Virus record (IMG/VR): IMGVR_UViG_3300025102_000017
DNA length: 20,000 bases
Strand: one strand, 5' to 3'
From: an uncultured virus (IMG/VR IMGVR_UViG_3300025102_000017)
Lineage: Duplodnaviria; Heunggongvirae; Uroviricota; Caudoviricetes
Every line of letters begins with the position of its first letter. Positions within the stretch are counted from its first letter, which is position 1. Shown piece after piece: positions 8,748 to 16,288 of the stretch. Below the pieces are notes generated by a model. That model was not told the origin of the DNA. It ran no database searches and was given only the letters and a program-made list of their open reading frames with translations. The position numbers and the translations under genes were made by a program.

Positions 8748-8781
8748 CATGCCTATATAGAAAGCATACTATTGGTCTGTC

Positions 8782-9450
8782 ATGGTCTTCCCAAACAAAG
8801 GGAATGAACCAGTATCTAATCAGGCACCTGAGAAACGTGGGTCTTCCCCTATCAAATGGTTTGCCGTTGGACTCGGCGGACTTATTGGTCTTTCTCACTT
8901 TGCCATGATTGGAATGCTTGTGAATAACAAGCAGATGGTTTACCCCAATCTCAATCTTCCAGTCAGTGAGTATTCGTCCTATGAAGCAGAAGTAGGACCA
9001 CAAGGTTACCGAGTAAGATATAACGCTAACGATCCTAAAACTCTAAGTCGTATTCAAGAACTTGACTTAGACAAACATCAACAACGACCGAGTGGTCTAT
9101 TTGGTACTGGTAACCCCAGAACATCTTCAGAGAGACGTAGACAACGTACGATTGAAGAATATACTATGGAGGGGACCCTCAATATGGATAATGCATCCGC
9201 TGAGTCTCTCCCAAAGATCGGAACAGCATCGACGATCGGAGGAGCCGATGTCGCGTGTATAGAGGCGGTAGGTGGTGGAAAGTCTCAGGGCAGGTTCCTG
9301 GGTGCTAGTCTCGGTGCTGTAGGTGCGGGTACCCTAACGGGTATTCCTTTTGTTGGACCGCTTCTAGCGGGTGCTCTTACCATGTTCTCCAGTGATAAGG
9401 CATCAGAAATCGGTGGTAACATCGCAGAGAACTTCTCAAAAGACTGTTGA
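8782..9450 (+). CDS. Membrane protein with N-terminal TM helix and C-terminal glycine-zipper region
   Basis: WFAVGLGGLIGLSHFAMIGML; GASLGAVGAGTLTGIPFVGPLLAG flanked by two Cys. Confidence 0.75.
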   Translation: MVFPNKGNEPVSNQAPEKRGSSPIKWFAVGLGGLIGLSHFAMIGMLVNNKQMVYPNLNLPVSEYSSYEAEVGPQGYRVRYNANDPKTLSRIQELDLDKHQQRPSGLFGTGNPRTSSERRRQRTIEEYTMEGTLNMDNASAESLPKIGTASTIGGADVACIEAVGGGKSQGRFLGASLGAVGAGTLTGIPFVGPLLAGALTMFSSDKASEIGGNIAENFSKDC

Positions 9451-9482
9451 CTGTGTTATGATGGTCGGGTCTACTGCCCATC

Positions 9483-9665
9483 ATGAAACGTATTATTGAG
9501 AATCCGGTCACGCAATTCAATTTGCTGTTGATTGGTACTCTGATGGTTATTCAGCTTGTGCACATTCATGCCCATCACAAGATGGATGTGGATGTGCATT
9601 CGTATGTCTTCAATTTCTGCAGGAACAACCCTGATCAGTGCAAGAGGATGCTGTCGGAGTATTGA
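9483..9665 (+). CDS. Small membrane-anchored His-rich hypothetical protein (60 aa)
   Basis: Hydrophobic segment followed by HIHAHH and C-x6-C. The stop lies inside the -35 box of the next promoter. Confidence 0.65.
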   Translation: MKRIIENPVTQFNLLLIGTLMVIQLVHIHAHHKMDVDVHSYVFNFCRNNPDQCKRMLSEY

Positions 9666-9690
9666 CAAAACTTCATCTTTCCTATATAAT
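9662..9690 (+). promoter_or_regulatory. Perfect-consensus sigma70 promoter of the hli cluster
   Basis: TTGACA 9662-9667, 17 nt spacer, TATAAT 9685-9690. Confidence 0.88.
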
Positions 9691-9708
9691 TATGTAACAG
9701 TTCGCAAC
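9691..9708 (-). promoter_or_regulatory. HLR1-like (RpaB) direct repeat
   Basis: Minus strand reads GTTGCGAA-ct-GTTACATA against consensus (G/T)TTACA(T/A)(T/A)-N2-repeat. It overlaps the predicted transcription start. Confidence 0.5.
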
Positions 9709-9718
9709 ACTCCAAACA

Positions 9719-9949
9719 ATGACTCGTTCAAGCACCGTGACAATTGAAGACGGCGGACGTACAAACATGTGGGCAACAGAACCACGTATGTACATCGATC
9801 AGACTGCAGCAGAACGCTACGGTTACGAAACCCATGCCGAACGTGCAGAGAAATTGAATGGACGCACTGCTATGCTTGGATTTGTTGCTGCTGTTGTTTC
9901 TTATAGTTTCAGTGGTAGTCTATTTTTCTTTGGTATCTTCGGATTCTGA
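9719..9949 (+). CDS. hli: High-light inducible protein (76 aa)
   Basis: AEKLNGRTAMLGF chlorophyll-binding motif (ExxNGRxAMxG) with an N-terminal E.GGR.NMWA.EP.M extension. Confidence 0.93.
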   Translation: MTRSSTVTIEDGGRTNMWATEPRMYIDQTAAERYGYETHAERAEKLNGRTAMLGFVAAVVSYSFSGSLFFFGIFGF

Positions 9950-9951
9950 AC

Positions 9952-10230
9952 ATGATTGAACTTTTGACGCAGACTGAGTTTACTTGGGCTGCCAACCATA
10001 CCATTGCAGAATTCCTTGCGGGTTATGTATTTGGTGCGGCACTTATTATTGGAGCACCAGGAGTATTTTTCTTCATTGCTTTCATGCCTGCACTGCAGCG
10101 CACCAAAGGAGCAATGGTTGGGTATAGTGATCACAAGACCTATGGCGATTCCTCTACCTACGAGAACACACCTAGTTCACAACTGGACTATTCAAAAGCA
10201 TACTTACAACTATCAATTCTAGAACAATGA
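9952..10230 (+). CDS. Hypothetical membrane protein (92 aa) within the hli cluster
   Basis: Long hydrophobic segment FLAGYVFGAALIIGAPGVFFFIAFM. ATGA overlap with the next hli. Confidence 0.75.
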   Translation: MIELLTQTEFTWAANHTIAEFLAGYVFGAALIIGAPGVFFFIAFMPALQRTKGAMVGYSDHKTYGDSSTYENTPSSQLDYSKAYLQLSILEQ

Positions 10231-10334
10231 ACGAAAGAGCAGAACGCTTCAATGGTTGGGCAGCAATGATCGGCATCATTGCCGCATTCGGTTCCTACGC
10301 AACGACAGGTCAACTGATTCCTGGACTCTGGTGA
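10227..10334 (+). CDS. hli: High-light inducible protein, short type (35 aa), not in ORF track
   Basis: MNERAERFNGWAAMIGIIAAFGSYATTGQLIPGLW, with AExxNGxxAMIG and the TGQ.IPG tail typical of phage/multicopy hli genes. Confidence 0.93.
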   Translation: MNERAERFNGWAAMIGIIAAFGSYATTGQLIPGLW

Positions 10335-10399
10335 TGGGATTCTTAGTAGCAGCTTTGCTGATGCTAATACCTATCGCAGTAGTAGCTGGAAGATCATGA
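10334..10399 (+). CDS. 21 aa hydrophobic micro-peptide
   Basis: MGFLVAALLMLIPIAVVAGRS. TGATG overlap with hli and ATGA overlap with the next ORF. Confidence 0.55.
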   Translation: MGFLVAALLMLIPIAVVAGRS

Positions 10400-10542
10400 C
10401 TTACGATTGGACATTGCTTCAAACACTAATCTTTGTCATTACTCCCTACTTCGTCATGCTTGCCTTGGCAAACAAAGACGATGAAGACGACGGTCCACCA
10501 GACGGTGGACTCATGACACCAATATTCCAAGGGGCTACTTGA
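10396..10542 (+). CDS. 48 aa single-TM peptide with acidic tail
   Basis: MTYDWTLLQTLIFVITPYFVMLALANKDDEDDGPPDGGLMTPIFQGAT. Coupled start, and the stop lies in the terminator loop. Confidence 0.7.
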   Translation: MTYDWTLLQTLIFVITPYFVMLALANKDDEDDGPPDGGLMTPIFQGAT

Positions 10543-10557
10543 GTAGTCCCTTTTTTT
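10529..10557 (+). terminator. Rho-independent terminator of the hli cluster
   Basis: AAGGGGCTAC-TTGA-GTAGTCCCTT followed by a T run. Confidence 0.85.
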
Positions 10558-10567
10558 ATGCTATACT
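10539..10567 (+). promoter_or_regulatory. sigma70-type promoter for gp45 (TTGAGT-N17-TATACT, extended -10)
   Basis: TTGAGT 10539-10544, TG 10559-10560, TATACT 10562-10567. Confidence 0.65.
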
Positions 10568-10586
10568 TGAGCCAGTAAACTTCATC

Positions 10587-11273
10587 ATGAAACTACGAGA
10601 CCCAATGAGACTGTCCGACAAGACTCTGAAGATTCTTCAAAACTTCACGACGATCAATCAGTCTCTCTTTTTCAAGGAAGGCAACAAACTCCGTACGATC
10701 TCTGTAATGAAGAACGTCCTTGCAGAGGCGGAGATTGATGAGTACATTCCTAGGGACTTTGCGATCTATGATCTGCCTCAGTTCCTGAATACACTGTCCC
10801 TGTATCAATCTCCAGAGGTAGACGTGTCTACAAACACGTCACATGCTCTGATCAAGGATGGAAACAATCGTGCTAAGTTCTTCTTTAGTGATCCTAGTGT
10901 GATCATTGCTCCCCCTGAGAAGGAGATGCAACTCCCTAGCGAAGATGTTTCTTTCAAACTGACTGAAGCAGACCTGACTCGTATTCTCAAGTCCTCCTCC
11001 ATCATGCAACTGCCAGACATGTCGGTTGTAGGTGAGAACGGTGCTGTAAGATTGGTGGTGTCTGACCGTAAGAACGACACCTCTAACGAGTATTCGATTG
11101 CTGTGGGAGAAACTGACCGCGAGTTCTCATTCAATTTCAAGATTGAGAACATGCGTTTGATTCCTCGCCCTTATGAGGTATTGATTTCTTCTAAGAACCT
11201 TGCTAAGTTCTACAATCCAGACTTCAAACTTACCTACTTCATCGCTCTTGAACCAGACTCCACGTGCGACTAA
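10587..11273 (+). CDS. gp45: DNA polymerase sliding clamp
   Basis: LS..TL.IL.NF..INQS, TISVMKN.LAEA, FAIYDL.QFL, C-terminal Y.IALEPDS. Start is ATG 10587 or 10605. Confidence 0.94.
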   Translation: MKLRDPMRLSDKTLKILQNFTTINQSLFFKEGNKLRTISVMKNVLAEAEIDEYIPRDFAIYDLPQFLNTLSLYQSPEVDVSTNTSHALIKDGNNRAKFFFSDPSVIIAPPEKEMQLPSEDVSFKLTEADLTRILKSSSIMQLPDMSVVGENGAVRLVVSDRKNDTSNEYSIAVGETDREFSFNFKIENMRLIPRPYEVLISSKNLAKFYNPDFKLTYFIALEPDSTCD

Positions 11274-11325
11274 TCATATCAACCGGAACCCTAGTTCCGA
11301 GTTAGATAAACCTTTCCCCAAGAAG

Positions 11326-11484
11326 ATGTATCTACAGTTGATGCGTCGCCCACCATTCTGGAGACTCTGTATCCTTCCTGATGAGGTACAGAAACTAACT
11401 CTCCAGCAATGGATGGACATCTGTCCAGACCTTCCTAAGTTCAAAGAGATTTTCTTTTGTGACGACCCCGAATCCCACTACTGA
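11326..11484 (+). CDS. Possible small hypothetical protein (start uncertain)
   Basis: Open frame filling the gap after gp45. The first ATG beyond gp45 is at 11326. Confidence 0.4.
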   Translation: MYLQLMRRPPFWRLCILPDEVQKLTLQQWMDICPDLPKFKEIFFCDDPESHY

Positions 11485-11638
11485 ACCGTGGCGTACTGCT
11501 ACGAACAAAATTATTGCTAGACAACAACTAGACAATGTTGCCTCCTTGCTCAATGGGAAGTGGTATCAGGTTGAAGTTGTTGATTCTTATGGTAAGAGAA
11601 CCACACGACTTATTGTTGAATACACTCCTGAAGAATGA
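11459..11638 (+). CDS. Hypothetical protein (59 aa, GTG start), not in ORF track
   Basis: MTTPNPTTEPWRTATNKIIARQQLDNVASLLNGKWYQVEVVDSYGKRTTRLIVEYTPEE. Its stop overlaps the next ATG (ATGA). Confidence 0.65.
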   Translation: MTTPNPTTEPWRTATNKIIARQQLDNVASLLNGKWYQVEVVDSYGKRTTRLIVEYTPEE

Positions 11639-11907
11639 CTATGCACAATGCCTGGGAAGAAAATGGTCTCATGGATCAGATTCAAGAAACCATCAAAGAT
11701 CTTGGTTGGAAGGAAGGTGATGATATCGTAGTAGAGATTGGTGGTACATCCATCTATGAAATTGATGGAGCAGGTACCAAGTGGGCACCTTTGAAAGGCA
11801 CCCGTAAGTACAACAAAGATGCCTTCATTGTCATCAAACAAAAAACCCCTGTAATTTCCAGTAATGCACCCGTTTCGTCAGAACAAGAAAGACCTGATCA
11901 AAAATAA
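11635..11907 (+). CDS. Hypothetical protein (90 aa) with AbrB/SpoVT-like segment
   Basis: IKDLGWKEGDDIVVEI motif, coupled start. Confidence 0.7.
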   Translation: MTMHNAWEENGLMDQIQETIKDLGWKEGDDIVVEIGGTSIYEIDGAGTKWAPLKGTRKYNKDAFIVIKQKTPVISSNAPVSSEQERPDQK

Positions 11908-12181
11908 TATCTTCAAATATAACGAGTTATTTGAGGAACACATTGGTGCCAAAGATGATTGGGTTGCTCTACAACAGCAACGCCAACTTTTTCAAGAGAA
12001 GAAGAAAGAATATGGATACTTCTGTCATGAGGATGACTATGATGTCAATGCATATTTTGATTTTATTCAAAAAGTAGATGCTCTCCTTCCAAGGAGTAGG
12101 GCAAAGGTTGCCTTCAGAGCTGCTATACTTGACGCACGTCTGATTGACATCGAGCATATGGTTGAGGTTTCTTGTGAGTGA
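11864..12181 (+). CDS. Hypothetical protein (105 aa)
   Basis: Fills the gap and overlaps the gp44 start. Confidence 0.65.
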   Translation: MHPFRQNKKDLIKNNIFKYNELFEEHIGAKDDWVALQQQRQLFQEKKKEYGYFCHEDDYDVNAYFDFIQKVDALLPRSRAKVAFRAAILDARLIDIEHMVEVSCE

Positions 12182-13118
12182 GGACTTTCTTTGGGTTGAG
12201 AAGTATCGACCCAAGACAATTGATGAATGTATTCTGCCTAAGTCTGTAAAGCAAACGTTTGCAGATTTTGTAAATAGTGGTGAACTCCCTAATTTGTTAC
12301 TGGCAGGACCACCTGGTGTTGGTAAGACAACAGTTGCTAAAGCACTTTGTAATGAACTTGGGGCAGACTATTACGTCATCAACGGGTCAGATGAAGGACG
12401 GTTTCTGGACACGGTTCGTAACCAAGCAAAGAATTTTGCTGCAACTGTATCTCTTACGTCAGAATCTAAGCACAAGGTCATCATCATTGATGAGGCAGAT
12501 AACACTACGCATGATGTACAACTCCTTCTCCGAGCTAACATCGAAACCTTCTACAACAACTGTAGGTTCATCTTCACCTGTAATTACAAGAACAAAATTA
12601 TTGAACCTCTCCACAGCAGATGTGCGGTGGTCGATTTCGGACTTACAGGGAAAGACAAGCAAATAATTGCTGCCGCTTTCTTCAAGCGTCTGACACAGAT
12701 TCTTACCCTTGAGGGTATTGAATACGAACCCAAGGTTGCAGTAGAACTTATCAACAAACACTTCCCTGATTGGCGACGTGTGTTGAATGAGTGTCAAAAA
12801 CACTCAACTAGTGGTAAAATAGACGTAGGTGTTCTCGCATCGTTTACTAATGTTCAGACTGATGAGTTAGTCTCGTACATTAGTAAGAAGCAGTTCCCTA
12901 ATGTCCGTAAGTGGATTGTCCAAAACTTAGACAATGATCCTAATACTATCCTTAGGAAATTGTATGATTCAATCTATGATCATATGAAACCAAAGTCTAT
13001 CCCTGAAGCGGTATTGATTATTGCAAAATACCAGTACCAGTCTGCCTTTGCTGCAGACCAGGAGATCAATCTACTAGCAGCAATGACTGAAATCATGGTC
13101 AACTGCGAATTCAAGTAA
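12174..13118 (+). CDS. gp44: Clamp loader large subunit (AAA+)
   Basis: FLWVEKYRP, Walker A GPPGVGKT, IIIDEAD, PLHSRC, FPDWRR. GTG start at 12174. Confidence 0.96.
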   Translation: MSEDFLWVEKYRPKTIDECILPKSVKQTFADFVNSGELPNLLLAGPPGVGKTTVAKALCNELGADYYVINGSDEGRFLDTVRNQAKNFAATVSLTSESKHKVIIIDEADNTTHDVQLLLRANIETFYNNCRFIFTCNYKNKIIEPLHSRCAVVDFGLTGKDKQIIAAAFFKRLTQILTLEGIEYEPKVAVELINKHFPDWRRVLNECQKHSTSGKIDVGVLASFTNVQTDELVSYISKKQFPNVRKWIVQNLDNDPNTILRKLYDSIYDHMKPKSIPEAVLIIAKYQYQSAFAADQEINLLAAMTEIMVNCEFK

Positions 13119-13141
13119 ATAGAACGTCTGATTTTTTTCTT

Positions 13142-13225
13142 ATGACTGCTGTCATCATTGTTTACGGCTCACTCTTTCTTGCCGTTATCCTCTGTTCAGT
13201 TTGGTTGATTGGTAAAGGTAAATGA
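13142..13225 (+). CDS. 27 aa single-TM micro-peptide
   Basis: MTAVIIVYGSLFLAVILCSVWLIGKGK. ATGA overlap with the epimerase start, and TAAATA at 13116-13121 upstream. Confidence 0.55.
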   Translation: MTAVIIVYGSLFLAVILCSVWLIGKGK

Positions 13226-14109
13226 AATGTCTGGTCACAGGCGGTGCTGGATTTATCGGATCCCATATTGTATCTCGCCTATTGCATGATGATCACGAAG
13301 TAGTTGTCATTGACAACGAATCAGCAGAATCTAATGATGCCTTCAACTGGTACGAAGATGATGCAGAGAATCACGTAGTTGATATCAGAGACATTGATGC
13401 TTGCCGCCCTGCATTTGAAGGTGTAGAAGCAGTCTTTCACCTGGCAGCACAGTCCAGAATCCAACTTGCTATGAATGACCCGTTTGATTGCGTTCAGACG
13501 AACGTGATGGGCACTTGTAACATGCTTGAACTGGCACGTGAGGCAGGCGTAGAGCGGTTTATCAATTCATCAACGTCATCCTGTTATGGATTGAACAATA
13601 CTCCACCCCTTGTGGAGTCCATGCCTACAGATTGTTTGAATCCATACTCTGCAAGCAAAGTATCTGCAGAGAAGTTTTGCTATATGTACTACCGTCTGCA
13701 TAAACTGCGGACAATCACCCTAAGATACTTCAATGTCTATGGTCCTAGGCAACCTTTGAGGGGTGCGTATGCCCCTGTAATCGGTTTGTTCCAGGAGCAG
13801 GCACGGAGAGGCGAACCACTGACGATTGTCGGTGACGGAACACAGCGTAGAGACTTCACCCATGTTGATGACGTGGTAGAAGCAAACATGTGTGCCCTGA
13901 ACAACACGCTCTCTGGCATTGCTGTCAATATTGGAACGGGAACGAACTACTCAGTAAACGAGATCGCTGCCATGATCTCTGACAACGTGACGTACATCGC
14001 TCCCCGTAAAGGTGAGGCACACGAGACTCTTGCCGATAACACAAAAGCAAGAAACATGCTAGGATGGGAACCTACAATCGACCTTAGGTCCCAACTTTCC
14101 AATGTTTGA
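13222..14109 (+). CDS. NAD-dependent nucleotide-sugar epimerase/dehydratase (extended SDR, WcaG/GalE-like)
   Basis: TGGAGFIG, FHLAA, SSTSS.YG, YSASK (YxxxK), RYFNVYGP, GDG.Q.RDF.HV.D. Confidence 0.93.
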   Translation: MKCLVTGGAGFIGSHIVSRLLHDDHEVVVIDNESAESNDAFNWYEDDAENHVVDIRDIDACRPAFEGVEAVFHLAAQSRIQLAMNDPFDCVQTNVMGTCNMLELAREAGVERFINSSTSSCYGLNNTPPLVESMPTDCLNPYSASKVSAEKFCYMYYRLHKLRTITLRYFNVYGPRQPLRGAYAPVIGLFQEQARRGEPLTIVGDGTQRRDFTHVDDVVEANMCALNNTLSGIAVNIGTGTNYSVNEIAAMISDNVTYIAPRKGEAHETLADNTKARNMLGWEPTIDLRSQLSNV

Positions 14110-14620
14110 CATTGACCGCATCAACCTCGAAGAGTTCTTTGGTTGTGTAGCAGCAACCAATACGACTCAGATGAAGTCGAATGCCTTCAAGACCATCCGC
14201 ACTTGGTTGCAGGAGAAATCCTTTGCCAAGTGGAGTGATGGTCAGTTGCGGTATGTGGGTGATTATAAGGACGGTATGGACTTTGAGTCTGATGAGCATG
14301 CCTATGAGATGAAAGGCAAACTCAAGATGTTCAATAAGAATGGCAGCACTTCTGCTGTAGACTTGAAGAACTTCCGTGGTGAGAGTAAGGTAGTTGATAA
14401 GACCTTCGACTACATGATCCTTGTGGACACCTTGTCCATGAGTATTGCTATCACTGATTGGGAGACTATCGAGAAGCGTGTTTACTTCACTGAGAAGTCA
14501 CCTGTTGCTAAGTTCAAACTGCAACCAGGCGAGTACACTATGCTTGCAGAGAACATCACCCCTTCAGAGAAAACCATGTCGTCCTCTGAAATTCTGGAAA
14601 ACCTTCAGCAGATCCTTTGA
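14102..14620 (+). CDS. Hypothetical protein, putative PD-(D/E)xK nuclease fold
   Basis: Helix Glu (LQEKSF) followed by DGMDF-x6-YEMKG (D...ExK) and a later FDYMILVD strand. TGATG-coupled to the methylase. Confidence 0.55.
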   Translation: MFDIDRINLEEFFGCVAATNTTQMKSNAFKTIRTWLQEKSFAKWSDGQLRYVGDYKDGMDFESDEHAYEMKGKLKMFNKNGSTSAVDLKNFRGESKVVDKTFDYMILVDTLSMSIAITDWETIEKRVYFTEKSPVAKFKLQPGEYTMLAENITPSEKTMSSSEILENLQQIL

Positions 14621-15441
14621 TGGCACTTGCCAAAACTCCTCTTCGATATCCAGGTGGCAAATCCCGTGCAGCGACCAAGATTTATTATCACATGCCTCGT
14701 CTGTCTGAGTACAGCGAGTATCGTGAACCTTTTCTGGGAGGTGGATCGATGGCAATCTACATATCCCAGATGTACCCCACCCTCCCAGTCGTCTGCAGTG
14801 ATCTGTACGAACCCCTAGTCAACTTCTGGATCCATTTGCGTGACGATGGTGAGCAGATGGCAGAGGATCTATTGAAGATCAAGCGAGAGCACAACACACC
14901 TGACGCTGCTCGCGAACTTTTTATTGAATCTAAACGTCTTATCAATGAAGAATCCACCTCCAACAAAGATCGATCTCGTTATTTTTGGGTTAGCAATAAG
15001 TGTTCTTTCAGTGGTCTCACTGAGTCATCTAGTTTCTCAAAACAAGCAAGCATCTCCAACTTCAGTGAACGCAACATCATGCGTTTGCCCACAATCAGCA
15101 AAGTAATTCGTAACTGGAAGATTCTACATCAGTCTTACGACAAACTATTGCAGGGAGATGACAAAGCATTTGTCTATCTTGACCCGCCGTATGATATCAA
15201 GGATAATCTATATGGCAAACAGGGTAACATGCACAAAGGATTCGACCATGATCAATTCGCTATTGACTGCCAACAGTCTTCTAATGACTGCATCATCAGT
15301 TATAACGCTGATCAGTTTGTCAGTGATAGATTCCCTGACTGGAGGGCAGCAGACTTTGATCTGACATATACTATGCGTTCGGTTGGAGAATATATGAAAA
15401 ACCAAACAAAGAGGAAGGAACTTCTTCTAATGAACTACTAG
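14620..15441 (+). CDS. dam: DNA adenine methyltransferase (Dam/D12 family)
   Basis: PLRYPGGKS, EPFLGGGS (motif I), YLDPPY (motif IV), ISYN, C-terminal ELL..NY. Confidence 0.93.
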   Translation: MALAKTPLRYPGGKSRAATKIYYHMPRLSEYSEYREPFLGGGSMAIYISQMYPTLPVVCSDLYEPLVNFWIHLRDDGEQMAEDLLKIKREHNTPDAARELFIESKRLINEESTSNKDRSRYFWVSNKCSFSGLTESSSFSKQASISNFSERNIMRLPTISKVIRNWKILHQSYDKLLQGDDKAFVYLDPPYDIKDNLYGKQGNMHKGFDHDQFAIDCQQSSNDCIISYNADQFVSDRFPDWRAADFDLTYTMRSVGEYMKNQTKRKELLLMNY

Positions 15442-15463
15442 ATAGAATGGTATATACCTGACC

Positions 15464-15979
15464 ATGAGAAGACTGAATTCGTTTTTCCTAAACGTAACTG
15501 TCGCGATCCTGGACTATCTCTACAAAGGTAGAGACTATCAACGATTTTGGGTGCTTGAGGAAATTGCTCGTGCACCCTATTTTGCTTTCTTGAGTGTGTT
15601 GCATTTCCGAGAAAGCATGGGTCTCCGAGGTCCAGATCACTTATACTTGATGAAGCAGCACTTCGAGCAAAGCGTCAATGAAACCGAACATCTGGAATAC
15701 ATGGAGAGCAGGGGCGGTAATTCTTATTGGATTGACCGTTTTCTCGCAAGACACCTGGTCCTTTTATACTATTGGACCAATGTGGTGTATTACTGGTTGG
15801 CTCCTAAGTCAGCGTACCATCTATCGTATGAGGTAGAGGTCCATGCTGCCCATACCTATGAGAAGTATATTCGGGACAATGGAGAAGATGAAAGGATTCT
15901 AGAGATCCTGAACGATGAAATTGAACATTCTCTTGAACTGAAAGACGCAATGGAAAAGTCCCTAGATAGTAGTGTCTGA
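15464..15979 (+). CDS. ptoX: Plastoquinol terminal oxidase (AOX/PTOX di-iron family)
   Basis: RFWVLEEIARAPYFAFLSVLH, NETEHL, E.HA..TY, DEIEH di-iron ligands. Confidence 0.94.
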   Translation: MRRLNSFFLNVTVAILDYLYKGRDYQRFWVLEEIARAPYFAFLSVLHFRESMGLRGPDHLYLMKQHFEQSVNETEHLEYMESRGGNSYWIDRFLARHLVLLYYWTNVVYYWLAPKSAYHLSYEVEVHAAHTYEKYIRDNGEDERILEILNDEIEHSLELKDAMEKSLDSSV

Positions 15980-15988
15980 CTCAATAGT

Positions 15989-16288
15989 ATGCTGTCAACT
16001 CAGTACCGCCTGCGACTGGAAGAAATCTGCAGGAAGATTGTGAATCGGGAAGAGGTTCCTTTAGCAGATATGATATGGGCAAACAAACTTGCTAAAGCAA
16101 ACACTACTGCTAGAACATGGTTGAACCGTGCTAGGAGGGAGGTGTTGAATCCTAAAGACGATTTTTTCAATGATCTAAATCTTGGTTCCCCGGACCCGAC
16201 CGAGCACAAGCAGACATTTGATGGGGCAGATGATATAATGGAATGGTTCCGCACTGATCGTTGTGATGACTGGCGTCAAAGAGACTAG
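15989..16288 (+). CDS. Conserved cyanophage hypothetical protein (99 aa)
   Basis: MLSTQYRLRLE.IC..I, DMIWA.KLAKAN and C-terminal DDWRQRD. Confidence 0.8.
   Translation: MLSTQYRLRLEEICRKIVNREEVPLADMIWANKLAKANTTARTWLNRARREVLNPKDDFFNDLNLGSPDPTEHKQTFDGADDIMEWFRTDRCDDWRQRD

Noticed and set aside
8332..9003. 223 aa minus-strand ORF
   Set aside because: Antisense shadow of two well-supported plus-strand genes. It crosses a terminator and has no recognisable motifs.
9694..9707. NtcA box at the hli promoter
   Set aside because: GTA-N8 is followed by CAA rather than TAC. HLR1 spacing fits better.
10539..10586. Longer track starts for gp45 (also uvsW 1261, gp47 4744, gp44 12144)
   Set aside because: The extensions run through terminators or upstream genes. 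Downstream starts match the conserved N-termini and coupling overlaps.
11535..11720. 61 aa plus-strand ORF from the track
   Set aside because: Overlaps the better-coupled 11459-11638 and 11635-11907 ORFs in another frame.
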